DNA of 64,000 nucleotides from Deltaproteobacteria bacterium. GTDB lineage: Bacteria > Myxococcota_A > JAADFL01. Numbering within the stretch: the first letter of the stretch is position 1; every line of letters starts with the position of its first letter. Location of the stretch: positions 1,991-65,990 of the forward strand of contig JAADFL010000193.1 in NCBI GenBank assembly GCA_013152945.1, written 5' to 3'. Below are positions 55,918 to 64,000 of this stretch, piece after piece. The notes beneath the pieces are model-generated. The model saw nothing but the letters and a program-made list of their open reading frames with translations. It was not told where the DNA came from and searched no databases. A program made the translations under genes and the position numbers.

Positions 55918-57087
55918 GTGAGACTGAAAAGAACTTGTGGTTCAATACCTTGTTTCCGCCTCGCTGCAGGTCTGGCACTCGCATCAGGTGTTTTGGCCCT
56001 GCTTCCCGTCACGGCTCTTGCCGAAGAGAAAAAGAGCATAGAGGAACGCTTGCTTGAAGACATGCAGGATAAGCAGGTCAAGACATGGAAGGAATTCCTT
56101 GAAAAACATTCGGGAACATGCATAGGCAAGAAAGAATTGATACTTCAGCCTGAGGTGCATGAAATCGGAAACAAGAAATACAGGTATTCCGGGTATAGAA
56201 TAGACGTGTTGTCCGAAAGCCTGGACAAGGATCACAGGGCGATCCTTGGAGTAATGGCGGCGACAAAAAATTTCCTGCCTGAAACAAGAGAAAATATCAA
56301 GGCCCTGGCAGAAAAATTCAAGGCTGCAAAGGTGGACGCCATATTGGTTGTCGGTGACCTGGCCTATGTCGGCAAGGAGATAGAAGATATACTAATGTTC
56401 CTCGCCGACCATGCAGGCGATATTCCGATCCTGGTGGTAATCGGAAATGCAGAAAGCCGGGGGCCTTATGGCAGGGCTTTGAGAAATGCAGGAAAGAAAA
56501 AAGTGAACATCATCAATCTCAATATAGTGAGGTTGTTCAACGGAGACGATTTTTCTCTCGTCTCACTGCCCGGCTACTATGACAGACGCTTTGTACAGGG
56601 ACGCGGATCCTGCGTATATCGCAAGCAGCAAGTTCGCGGGCTCGGGGAATTCGTAAAGGAGGCAAAGGGCCCGGTTGTGCTTGTGTCACACGGACCACCC
56701 AGAACGAACCTTGGAAAGAAAGGCATAGACGCCACGCCGGACGGAAAAAATGTCGGTGACCCGGAAATGACAAGGATAATTAAAAAACTGAAAATAGACT
56801 TCGGCACCTTCAGCCATATACTCGAGGCAGGCGGCAAGGGCGTCAGCCTTGCAAGAAACCGGGCTGTGAGGCCGGGTCGCTGGTCCAATGACTTGTTCGT
56901 GAATGCCGGGGCCGTCAATGCCCTGGATTGGAACATGAACGGCGGATGGACCAGCCAGGGAATGGGCATGATCGTAACCATCGACAAGGATGGTAGAAGC
57001 CATAAGGGACATGTTTACAAGGCAAAGTTCGAATTGATCAAGCTCAAGCGCAAGGAAATCGACTATGACGATGAAGATGATTACTGA
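55918..57087 (+). CDS. Secreted calcineurin-like metallophosphoesterase.
   Basis: The track ORF starts at 55822. The GTG at 55918 has a GGAGG RBS and gives the signal peptide VRLKRTCGSIPCFRLAAGLALASGVLALLPVTALA. Motifs ILVVGDLAY (GDxxY), VIGNAE (GNHE-like) and VLVSHGPP. Confidence 0.6.
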   Translation: MRLKRTCGSIPCFRLAAGLALASGVLALLPVTALAEEKKSIEERLLEDMQDKQVKTWKEFLEKHSGTCIGKKELILQPEVHEIGNKKYRYSGYRIDVLSESLDKDHRAILGVMAATKNFLPETRENIKALAEKFKAAKVDAILVVGDLAYVGKEIEDILMFLADHAGDIPILVVIGNAESRGPYGRALRNAGKKKVNIINLNIVRLFNGDDFSLVSLPGYYDRRFVQGRGSCVYRKQQVRGLGEFVKEAKGPVVLVSHGPPRTNLGKKGIDATPDGKNVGDPEMTRIIKKLKIDFGTFSHILEAGGKGVSLARNRAVRPGRWSNDLFVNAGAVNALDWNMNGGWTSQGMGMIVTIDKDGRSHKGHVYKAKFELIKLKRKEIDYDDEDDY

Positions 57088-57297
57088 CGGGTAAGAGGGT
57101 GGCAGCATACCTGAATCCCCTCTGCCTGCTTCACAGGCGAAACAGGACCTTGGGACATTTTTTTGACCAATCCAACTCCTATATTTCCAACACGGGCTTG
57201 CAGAACACCCGGACATGGGGAGTTGCCAAAAAGGGTAGCTTATAAAAAACAAAAGAATCTTGGATTTCAGGTTTCAAGCTTGATGCCCTTCCTACTC

Positions 57298-60200
57298 CTA
57301 CTTGATCTTCAACTTGAAGCCGTCCAGTTCCACCCCGGCGTTTTTCTGGTCCTCCTGCAACAATTTTTCAGGATTCTCATACAACTGCATCGGCGTAGTC
57401 GGGTACAGTCTCACATCATTCTTGTCGCCGATGGCAAATCTCTCCCCATCCGGTGAAAAACGTGCAGCGATCACATTCATCCTGGCCCTGACCACCAACA
57501 ATGGCCAGCCGGTCAAAACATCCCACAAGATAACGCGCCCGTCATCGCTGGTCGAAAGCAATTCTTTTCCATCCGGAGAGAATTCAAGGTTGTTTACCCA
57601 CTGCCGGTGACCCTTGAGCCTCCTTAAAATGGTCCCCTTCTTGAAATCCCACAATATGATGGTTCTATCCCTGCCGGAGGTCGCAAGGTACTTGCCGTCC
57701 CGGGATACCGCTACACCCGACACCCAATCCGTATGACCCTTGAACTCTTTTAAAACCCTGTCCTCTTTGATGCCCCACATTACGGCCTTGTCGTCAGAGC
57801 CCGAGATGACCAGGCGTTTCGAATCCGGTGTGAAATCGACCTGCCAAACCCTTACGCCCTTGCGTTCCATGGTATTTAAAATACGGCCTGTCTCGGCATC
57901 TCTCAGAATAATCTTACCGCTCAAGTCACTCGTAACCAGGTACCTGCCGTCCGAAGAGTACTCCACCCAGAACACGGTCTCATCATGGCCCTTCAACGAT
58001 GCAGTAACAGTACCATTCTTGATGTCGATCAGATGGGTCAACCTGTCGAAACCGGATGTTGCGGCATGCCGGCCGTCGGGTGACACTGCAATACAGGTAA
58101 GCATTTTCTCGCTCACCCGTAGCACATGTTCCACCTTACCTGTATATACATCCCAGATTCGGACCGTCCCATCAAAACCTGCACCCACGATCTTCTTACC
58201 ATCCGGCGTAAAATCCAGACCCCAAACCTGGTCCTTGAACCCGGTGAAGACCGTTTTATCCCGCCCATGCTTCACCCGCCAAATCTTCACGCTCTTGTCT
58301 TCGCTAACCGTGGCCAACCTGGAGACATCAGGAGAAAAGTACGCTCCCCATACACTGCCGTTGTGACCTGCTATTACCTGTAACAAACTTCCTGTTTCCG
58401 CCTGCCATATGCCGACCTTCCTGTCCATGCCGGCGGAAACCAGGAACCGGCCATCACTCGAAAACCTGACTCCGAACACAATGTCCTTGTGTTTCTTGAA
58501 GTGCCAGGCAGGTTTCATCGACCCGATATCGAACACCCAGACACTTCCGTCACCGCAAGCAACGGCCAGAAGTTTTTGGTCCCTCGAAACATCCACGCTC
58601 CATATCGAACCTTTCGGGCCTTTCAATGAAGCGTCTACTTTCCCTGAGGCCATATCCCAAAACCTGATTGTCCTGTCCCTGCCCGCAGAGATTAATATCT
58701 TTCCATTGTGCAGGAAAATAACATCATAAATAGGAACCGAAGAAAAATTCTCATTCAAGACTTCCGAGCCGTCCGAAATTTTCCAGGCCCTTACAAAGCC
58801 GTCATCACAAGCTGCTGCAAGGATACGGCCGTCATTCGAAAAGGCCAGGTTCCATATCCTCTTGCTCTTCTTTACCAATTCACGTGCTATTTTCTTCTTT
58901 CTTGCATCCCACAACACCACCCGGCCGGTCGAGCTTCCTGTTGCAATGTACTTGCCGTCAGGAGAAAACCTGACAGCCCAAATAACACCTGACGGCTCGT
59001 CCAGTGCCTCGGCTTTGTGCAGTCCATCCATCTTTTCAGTGTCGAACAGGAGCAGTTTCCCATCGTAACTTCCAGCCGCAAACAACCTGCCGTCAGGAGA
59101 AAATGAACCTGTTGACGGTGAATATACCGTATCGAAAGATGTCTGAAATCCTTCCACGGGCCGGGTCTTTGATTCCATTTCCCAAAACGCCGCCTCTGCC
59201 AGAAGCTTCATGCTCTCAGGCCGCCTATGAATGAACCTCCTCGAAAAATAAGGCCCTACGGCGTTCGCAGGATTCCTCAAGAGAGCGGCAGAGGCAAAGA
59301 CAGCCGCATCCAGGAACCTCTTTTCCCGGCTCAATGTGCTCGCTTTTTCATTCAACGCCTCTGCAATGTGGAAGTTTGCCTCGCGGTTGGCTTCAGCTTC
59401 GGATTTATACGCTATTGTTATGAAAACAATAGCGAGCAACAAGCTCACGAGAGCCGCGCCGGATGACAACATGAGCACCTTGTGTCTCCCGGCAAAACGC
59501 TTGATTATTTCCGGTTTACTGTAATGGTAGGCCATTACACGCGCGCCTTGCTGGAAAGCTTGAACATCCCGGGCCAACCCGCCGGCCGAGGCATACCGCT
59601 TGTTCCGTTCCCTTTGAAGGGCCTTATGAGCGATAGCCGCGAGTTCTTCCGGAGCCTCGGGGACAATATGGTTGACTGGTATTATCCTGCCCTTCCTCAC
59701 CTTTTCCAGAACCTCCGAAGGGCTGTTGCCTGAGAAAGGCCTCAAACCTGTCAACAGCTCGTACAGGACGGCTCCCAAGCTCCATACGTCCGACCGCTCG
59801 TCCACCTTGTCCACGAGACCCCGGGCCTGCTCCGGGCTCATGTACGCTGGAGTTCCGATAGTAGTACCATCAACTGTTCCGGTAGCATCCATGCCCTCCA
59901 TAGAGGTGATGTCCCTGCTTAGTTTCACCCCCCTTAAGTCCTTTTCTCCCTTGACCTTGGCCACGCCCCAATCGAGCAACATGGTTTCCCCGAATTCTCC
60001 GACCATGACGTTCGCGGGTTTGATGTCCCTATGAATCACCCCCCGGTCATGTGCATAGGCGACCGCATTACACAAATCGATAAAATGGTCCAGGTATACG
60101 AGCCGTTCCCCAAGCGTCTTACATGACTTCAGCACCTCGGAAAAGGTGCGGCCCTTGACCATTTTCATCGTGTAGAACAAAGTTCCGTCTTTGCGGATAC

Positions 60201-60651
60201 CAAGGTCGTGGACAGGAACGATATTGGGATGCTCGAGCTGCGCGGTTACCTTTGCCTCCCTTAAAAACCTGGCTATTGTCTCGGATGTCCCACTCATCCT
60301 GGAGGCGGAATCGAGAGGCGAATCGCTGTCGATGGACAGGTACTTCAAAGCTACCTTCCTGCCAAGGTTGTTGTCGAACAATTCAACGACCCTTCCGAGG
60401 GCGCCACGACCGAGTTCATCGGCTTCATCCAACGTCAGAGATTCTGCCGAGGCACCGGATTCGCTTGAATATCTTTCACCTGAGTCCACGGTGATGCTCT
60501 TTCCTTGTTCACCGGCCAAGGACAGCAGGCCCGGATGATTTTGGTCGGTAGGATCAGCCAATCTTCCCTCCAATAATTCAATATTGAAGCTGCATCTCCA
60601 AAGCGCTATCAAACGTAACATTAACATGCTAGAAAAGTAAGCGTGTTTCAA
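57298..60651 (-). CDS. Ser/Thr protein kinase, single TM, then about 14 WD40 repeats.
   Basis: 1117-aa ORF. Hanks kinase motifs GRGALGRV, VALKYL, HRDIKPANVMV, DWGVAKV, GTPAYMSPEQ. TM helix VLMLSSGAALVSLLLAIVFITIAY. Recurrent WD40 signatures (...SPDG..LA...D.T..LWD...G). The exact start is uncertain. Confidence 0.85.
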   Translation of the reverse strand: MKHAYFSSMLMLRLIALWRCSFNIELLEGRLADPTDQNHPGLLSLAGEQGKSITVDSGERYSSESGASAESLTLDEADELGRGALGRVVELFDNNLGRKVALKYLSIDSDSPLDSASRMSGTSETIARFLREAKVTAQLEHPNIVPVHDLGIRKDGTLFYTMKMVKGRTFSEVLKSCKTLGERLVYLDHFIDLCNAVAYAHDRGVIHRDIKPANVMVGEFGETMLLDWGVAKVKGEKDLRGVKLSRDITSMEGMDATGTVDGTTIGTPAYMSPEQARGLVDKVDERSDVWSLGAVLYELLTGLRPFSGNSPSEVLEKVRKGRIIPVNHIVPEAPEELAAIAHKALQRERNKRYASAGGLARDVQAFQQGARVMAYHYSKPEIIKRFAGRHKVLMLSSGAALVSLLLAIVFITIAYKSEAEANREANFHIAEALNEKASTLSREKRFLDAAVFASAALLRNPANAVGPYFSRRFIHRRPESMKLLAEAAFWEMESKTRPVEGFQTSFDTVYSPSTGSFSPDGRLFAAGSYDGKLLLFDTEKMDGLHKAEALDEPSGVIWAVRFSPDGKYIATGSSTGRVVLWDARKKKIARELVKKSKRIWNLAFSNDGRILAAACDDGFVRAWKISDGSEVLNENFSSVPIYDVIFLHNGKILISAGRDRTIRFWDMASGKVDASLKGPKGSIWSVDVSRDQKLLAVACGDGSVWVFDIGSMKPAWHFKKHKDIVFGVRFSSDGRFLVSAGMDRKVGIWQAETGSLLQVIAGHNGSVWGAYFSPDVSRLATVSEDKSVKIWRVKHGRDKTVFTGFKDQVWGLDFTPDGKKIVGAGFDGTVRIWDVYTGKVEHVLRVSEKMLTCIAVSPDGRHAATSGFDRLTHLIDIKNGTVTASLKGHDETVFWVEYSSDGRYLVTSDLSGKIILRDAETGRILNTMERKGVRVWQVDFTPDSKRLVISGSDDKAVMWGIKEDRVLKEFKGHTDWVSGVAVSRDGKYLATSGRDRTIILWDFKKGTILRRLKGHRQWVNNLEFSPDGKELLSTSDDGRVILWDVLTGWPLLVVRARMNVIAARFSPDGERFAIGDKNDVRLYPTTPMQLYENPEKLLQEDQKNAGVELDGFKLKIK

Positions 60652-60675
60652 GACTGGAAAGGTTCGGAGGTAAGC

Positions 60676-61593
60676 ATGTCAAACAAAGTCGAAAAACCAT
60701 CGGCTATTCTTGGCTTGGCTCTTTCAGCATTATTCATTTCATCCTGCGGGGGTTCACCCGGCTCCAAAAACCAGGGCACAGGGACACTCCGTTGTCTCCT
60801 CGATAGGACGTGTCACACCATCATGGTTTCATCGCACCGTGGATATCACAAGTACTACCCTGAAAACTCTATTGCAGGGCTGAAGGCAGCGGCCAAGGTT
60901 GGGGCACAGTTCGTTGAACTCGATGTTCGGCATACGAGCGACGATGTACTGGTGCTGATGCATGATTCTTCCCTGGATCGCACCACTGACGGCACGGGCC
61001 AAGTCAGTGATCACACCTTGGCGGAAATACAAAAACTCACCTTGAAGGGATGCGATCCAAATGACCCTGATACTTGCCGTATTCCAACACTAGAGGAAGA
61101 AATGGAAACTGCACGGCAACTCGGGATGATGTTATATCTGGATCAAAAAACAGACCGCACAGATCTGATCGTGGACCTGATACGAAAAGGTGATTTTTTC
61201 GATGTGAGCCTGGCATACGGGGACCTATCCAAGGTAACCGACGAATACAACCAGGAGCCGAAACTCACGGTCATGCCGTCAGTAACAAACGAAACAGAGT
61301 TCGAGCAGGCATTGACCTCGATAGACGATTTGTACATTGTCGAGATCGGCCTGGTGGAAGCAGCCCCGGAACTCGCATCCAAGATCCATGAAGCCGGTGT
61401 CAAAGTCCAACAGGACATGCTGGGCACGAGTGACATCCGGGCCGCCCTCGGCGACTATTCAGGCTGGAAAAAGATGATTGAAACCGGTGTGGATCTGCCG
61501 CAGACAGACTTGCCGAACCTCATGGTCCCTGCAGTGCAGAAATACAACGAAAGCGGTGAATTCCCGGATAAAGGCCCGCCTGATTCAATGTAA
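60676..61593 (+). CDS. Glycerophosphodiester phosphodiesterase (GDPD) family lipoprotein.
   Basis: The track ORF starts at 60643. The ATG at 60676 has a GGAGG RBS. Lipobox LFISSCG. SSHRGYHKYYPENSIAGLKAAAKVGAQFVELDVRHTSDDVLVLMHDSSLDRTTDGTG carries the GDPD HR...EN...E.D...HD motifs. Confidence 0.75.
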   Translation: MSNKVEKPSAILGLALSALFISSCGGSPGSKNQGTGTLRCLLDRTCHTIMVSSHRGYHKYYPENSIAGLKAAAKVGAQFVELDVRHTSDDVLVLMHDSSLDRTTDGTGQVSDHTLAEIQKLTLKGCDPNDPDTCRIPTLEEEMETARQLGMMLYLDQKTDRTDLIVDLIRKGDFFDVSLAYGDLSKVTDEYNQEPKLTVMPSVTNETEFEQALTSIDDLYIVEIGLVEAAPELASKIHEAGVKVQQDMLGTSDIRAALGDYSGWKKMIETGVDLPQTDLPNLMVPAVQKYNESGEFPDKGPPDSM

Positions 61594-61639
61594 CGAAATA
61601 CCTTTGTTTTATAACTGCATTGACAGCCGTACCCGTGTG

Positions 61640-61860
61640 TGAGAACTTAAAAACCAGCCTGCGGGGTTCGATAGGGGCGACATGGTTTTATCCCCTACTT
61701 TTATGCCCCGGGGCTGGTCCCTGGTCGTGGAGTGCAAGCCCGTGGCGCATGTCAGCGGGAAGCCGGAAGCGGCCAACACCGGCCCCACCTTGTGAACTCG
61801 GGGCAAAACTGTCGTTCCGTCGGCCCATGCGGGTTTTTTCCTGGAAAGAGAAAGCTGGTA
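61640..61860 (+). ncRNA. Candidate structured small RNA or leader (SRP-RNA-like GUCAG...CCGGAAGC...GCCAA segment). Unverified.
   Basis: A 320-nt gap between convergent/tandem genes with no ORF of 60 aa or more. Promoter-like TTGACA at 61619. GC-rich imperfect helices; the segment tgtcagcgggaagccggaagcggccaacacc loosely resembles SRP RNA helix 8. Ends at ...cccatgcggg + TTTTTT (61834-61856). Confidence 0.2.
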
Positions 61861-61914
61861 AGAGGCATATTATTTTTTTAACATACCGAGTCTTGCTGAC
61901 ATCGTGGAGGAGCA

Positions 61915-63912
61915 GTGCAAAATCAGATAGTGGAATACAGGGAACACGGCAAGGTAGCAGCCGCCGTGGTAATTGTGGAAGGTGACCCCATCATGGTCTT
62001 GACTGAAAGGGGACGGGAGTTACGACTTCCGGCAGGCAGGGTCGTCCACAGGACAGGATATTTAATCGATACTTCAGACAAACGGGCAGCAGCCGATGAA
62101 CTCGAGAAATACTCGAAAGCTGCATCGAAATTAGCTGAAACAATCGATCCGGAACAACTTTGGGAGAAAACGTGCGAGCCTGGGGGAACTAATTCTCTCG
62201 ACTTCCTTGCAGGTCTATCCTTTGACAAGGTGGGTCCTACCGAACGATCCGCAATATTACGGGCCTTGGCTGCAAGGAGAGATTTGTTCAAACAATCGAG
62301 GGCCGGGTTCCTGGCCAAGCCCAGGGAGCAAGTGGAGAAGATACGTAAGGAGGCACAGGAACGAGCACTTGAAGAAACACGCAGGATAAACTTCGCGAAA
62401 TGGTTGAAAAAGAAATCAGCCGGCGCGGATGATGAAATTGCACCGGACGGTTCCGAACAATATTTGGATATGTTGGCTGATTTTGCCGCTTCCACCTTGC
62501 CTGCCGCTGCCTCTCTGGAACAGGACTTGCTTCTTCGCGCAGGACTTGAACCTGATGAAGCTACACCAACGGCTGCATTTTCCCTGCTTGTAAAGGCAGG
62601 TTTCCTTTCGGAAGACGAAAATCTCTTGCTTCGAAAATATGCTCGCAGGGTGGAATTTCCCAGGGAGGTGGAAGAAACCGCGAAACAGGCGGCAAGCACA
62701 CAAGTCAAGGGAAGAAGAAAGATTTTCGATAAATCAATAATGAGTATCGATGACCCGGAGACTTCCGAGATTGACGACGCGATACAGTTGCAGGACAGGA
62801 AAAGCCATGGCGGATGGAGTGTGGCAATATATATCGCGGATCCGGACTACTTTGTTCCCCGTGACCACCCGGTAGACATAGAAGCAACCAAGCGAGGAGC
62901 GACCCTGTACCTGCCTGACAGGAAAATACAGATGTTGCCTCCGATTCTGGCCGACAATGCAGCGAGCCTGGTCAAGGGCGAAGAGAGGCCTGCCCTTGCC
63001 TTCTTCCTTGAAATAACCCAGGAGGGTGAAATCATAAGCTCCAGGATCGAGCAGGTCTTGGTCAAGGTCGGCAAGAGATTGACCTTTGACCAGGTAGAAA
63101 CCCTTTTGGCCGGGAAAGACCAGAAACTCAACGAACTCCTGGCCTGTGCGGATGCGCTTCGAAGGAGGAGGTACAACAATGGGGCATATCTTCTGACCAG
63201 GCCGGATATTGTCCCGAGAATCGGGCCTGAAAATAAAATCAGGCTGAAGAGATACTCTGCAGCAAGCGCCTCGGGAAGACTCGTTGCAGAACTGATGATA
63301 GCCGCCAACAGGACTGCGGCCCGTGCATGCGAGGATGCAGCCGTCCCTGCTCCTTTCAGGATACAGCCCAGTAGTCCCAGCCCTTTGCCTCAGCCCCCGA
63401 TAGACGCTCAATACGATCCCTTGTTTCTCTATAACCTGTTAAGAAACCTTGAACGGACTCAAATAAAAATGGAATCCGGCCCTCATGCAGGCTTGGGAGT
63501 GGATTCATACATACAAGTAACAAGTCCGCTTCGAAGGTACACCGACTTGCTGGGACACAGGCAATTAAAGGCAGCCATTTCGGGAACGAAACCGGTATAC
63601 TCTGCGGAAGAGCTGGAACTGCTCGTAGGACAAAGCGAAAGACTGGTTTCGGAAGGCAGGATAATCGAGGGATGGTCCAGGGATTACTATATGTTGAAAT
63701 ATCTATGCACCCTCGCCGACAAGACGTTAAGCGCCGTTGTTTTGCGGTGGTTCAATGCCAGGCTGCTCGTGGAGTTGGAAGACTACTCTTTCAGGACCAC
63801 TGTAAAGTGTGACAGGAAATATCCACCGGGAAAACGCCTCCTCCTGAAGATCGTGAAAATAGAGCCCAGAGAAAACAGGCTTGACCTGGAAATAATCGAA
63901 CAAGCTGATTGA
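61915..63912 (+). CDS. RNB-domain 3'-5' exoribonuclease (RNase II/R family).
   Basis: 665-aa ORF (GTG start, GGAGG RBS). SIDDPETSEIDDAIQL (RNB motif I) and HAGLGVDSYIQVTSPLRRYTDLLGHRQL (the HxGL...TSPIRRY motif IV). Atypical N-terminus with no clear cold-shock domains. The C-terminus is S1-like. Confidence 0.8.
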   Translation: MQNQIVEYREHGKVAAAVVIVEGDPIMVLTERGRELRLPAGRVVHRTGYLIDTSDKRAAADELEKYSKAASKLAETIDPEQLWEKTCEPGGTNSLDFLAGLSFDKVGPTERSAILRALAARRDLFKQSRAGFLAKPREQVEKIRKEAQERALEETRRINFAKWLKKKSAGADDEIAPDGSEQYLDMLADFAASTLPAAASLEQDLLLRAGLEPDEATPTAAFSLLVKAGFLSEDENLLLRKYARRVEFPREVEETAKQAASTQVKGRRKIFDKSIMSIDDPETSEIDDAIQLQDRKSHGGWSVAIYIADPDYFVPRDHPVDIEATKRGATLYLPDRKIQMLPPILADNAASLVKGEERPALAFFLEITQEGEIISSRIEQVLVKVGKRLTFDQVETLLAGKDQKLNELLACADALRRRRYNNGAYLLTRPDIVPRIGPENKIRLKRYSAASASGRLVAELMIAANRTAARACEDAAVPAPFRIQPSSPSPLPQPPIDAQYDPLFLYNLLRNLERTQIKMESGPHAGLGVDSYIQVTSPLRRYTDLLGHRQLKAAISGTKPVYSAEELELLVGQSERLVSEGRIIEGWSRDYYMLKYLCTLADKTLSAVVLRWFNARLLVELEDYSFRTTVKCDRKYPPGKRLLLKIVKIEPRENRLDLEIIEQAD

Positions 63913-64000
63913 TATTTCAAGCTCCTGCCAAAAAGATTTTCCGCTGAAAAGCGATTTCAACACGGAAGGATGTCGAAGCCGAGTCAATATGTCAGTAAAG

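Noticed and set aside
61650-61700. Possible tmRNA or tRNA from the GGGGTTCGATAGGGG element.
   Set aside because: No complementary T-stem, no CCA-proximal acceptor pairing, no tag-peptide reading frame, and the interval is too short for tmRNA. Kept only as an unclassified candidate ncRNA.
1-64000. Looked for transposases, integrases, phage structural genes, toxin-antitoxin pairs and restriction-modification or other defence modules.
   Set aside because: None recognised. Despite two local pseudogenes, the window looks like core or accessory chromosomal metabolism and envelope and motility regulation rather than a mobile or defence island.

Overview
A 64-kb, gene-dense chromosomal segment with about 45 CDS, no rRNA, tRNA, CRISPR array or recognisable IS/transposase. 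GC looks to be roughly 55% by eye. The gene content points to a Myxococcota-like (deltaproteobacterial) Gram-negative: a ZnR-GYF-TM GltJ/AgmX-like protein next to a 2277-aa all-TPR giant, a MYXO-CTERM sorting tail, a MopE-like CxxDxDC metal-binding motif, a Ser/Thr kinase-WD40 fusion, PilZ and MshEN c-di-GMP receptors, and many TPR proteins. Left arm (1-12.9 kb, all minus strand): partial waaA, an amidohydrolase, pmbA, a Tat/lipobox tldD, gpmI, then a PadR-MFP-RND-TolC efflux operon. 13-20.7 kb (all plus strand): YitT, then a tight operon of sensor kinase, TauE/SafE permease, exported protein, PEP-synthase-like enzyme and two stand-alone receiver proteins. 21-34.5 kb: a repeat-tailed OMP-like protein, then a mixed sugar-modification locus (PaaK/CapK-like adenylating enzyme, PilZ, NodU/CmcH carbamoyltransferase, P-loop kinase, GT4, GT-C-like TPR membrane protein, OsmC). 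34.8-44.9 kb: an MshEN-REC-TPR protein directly upstream of the GltJ/AgmX-like gene and the giant TPR (GltI/AgmK-like) gene. I consider this the most likely undescribed regulatory module in the window (c-di-GMP input to a gliding-motility scaffold). 45-46.3 kb: two disrupted genes, a MYXO-CTERM protein with an in-frame TAA and a frameshifted deoC. 46.5-64 kb: two lipoproteins with (Asp-Thr)n linkers (an FG-GAP propeller and a GH31 glycosidase), an unusual ACP / GcvT-like / thioesterase / FabG-like / FabD-like operon, a metallophosphoesterase, a giant STK-WD40, a GDPD lipoprotein, a candidate structured RNA and an RNase II/R-family nuclease. The ORF track excludes edge-truncated ORFs and uses GTG/TTG starts. 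Several starts below are moved to an internal ATG/GTG that has a GGAGG-type RBS.
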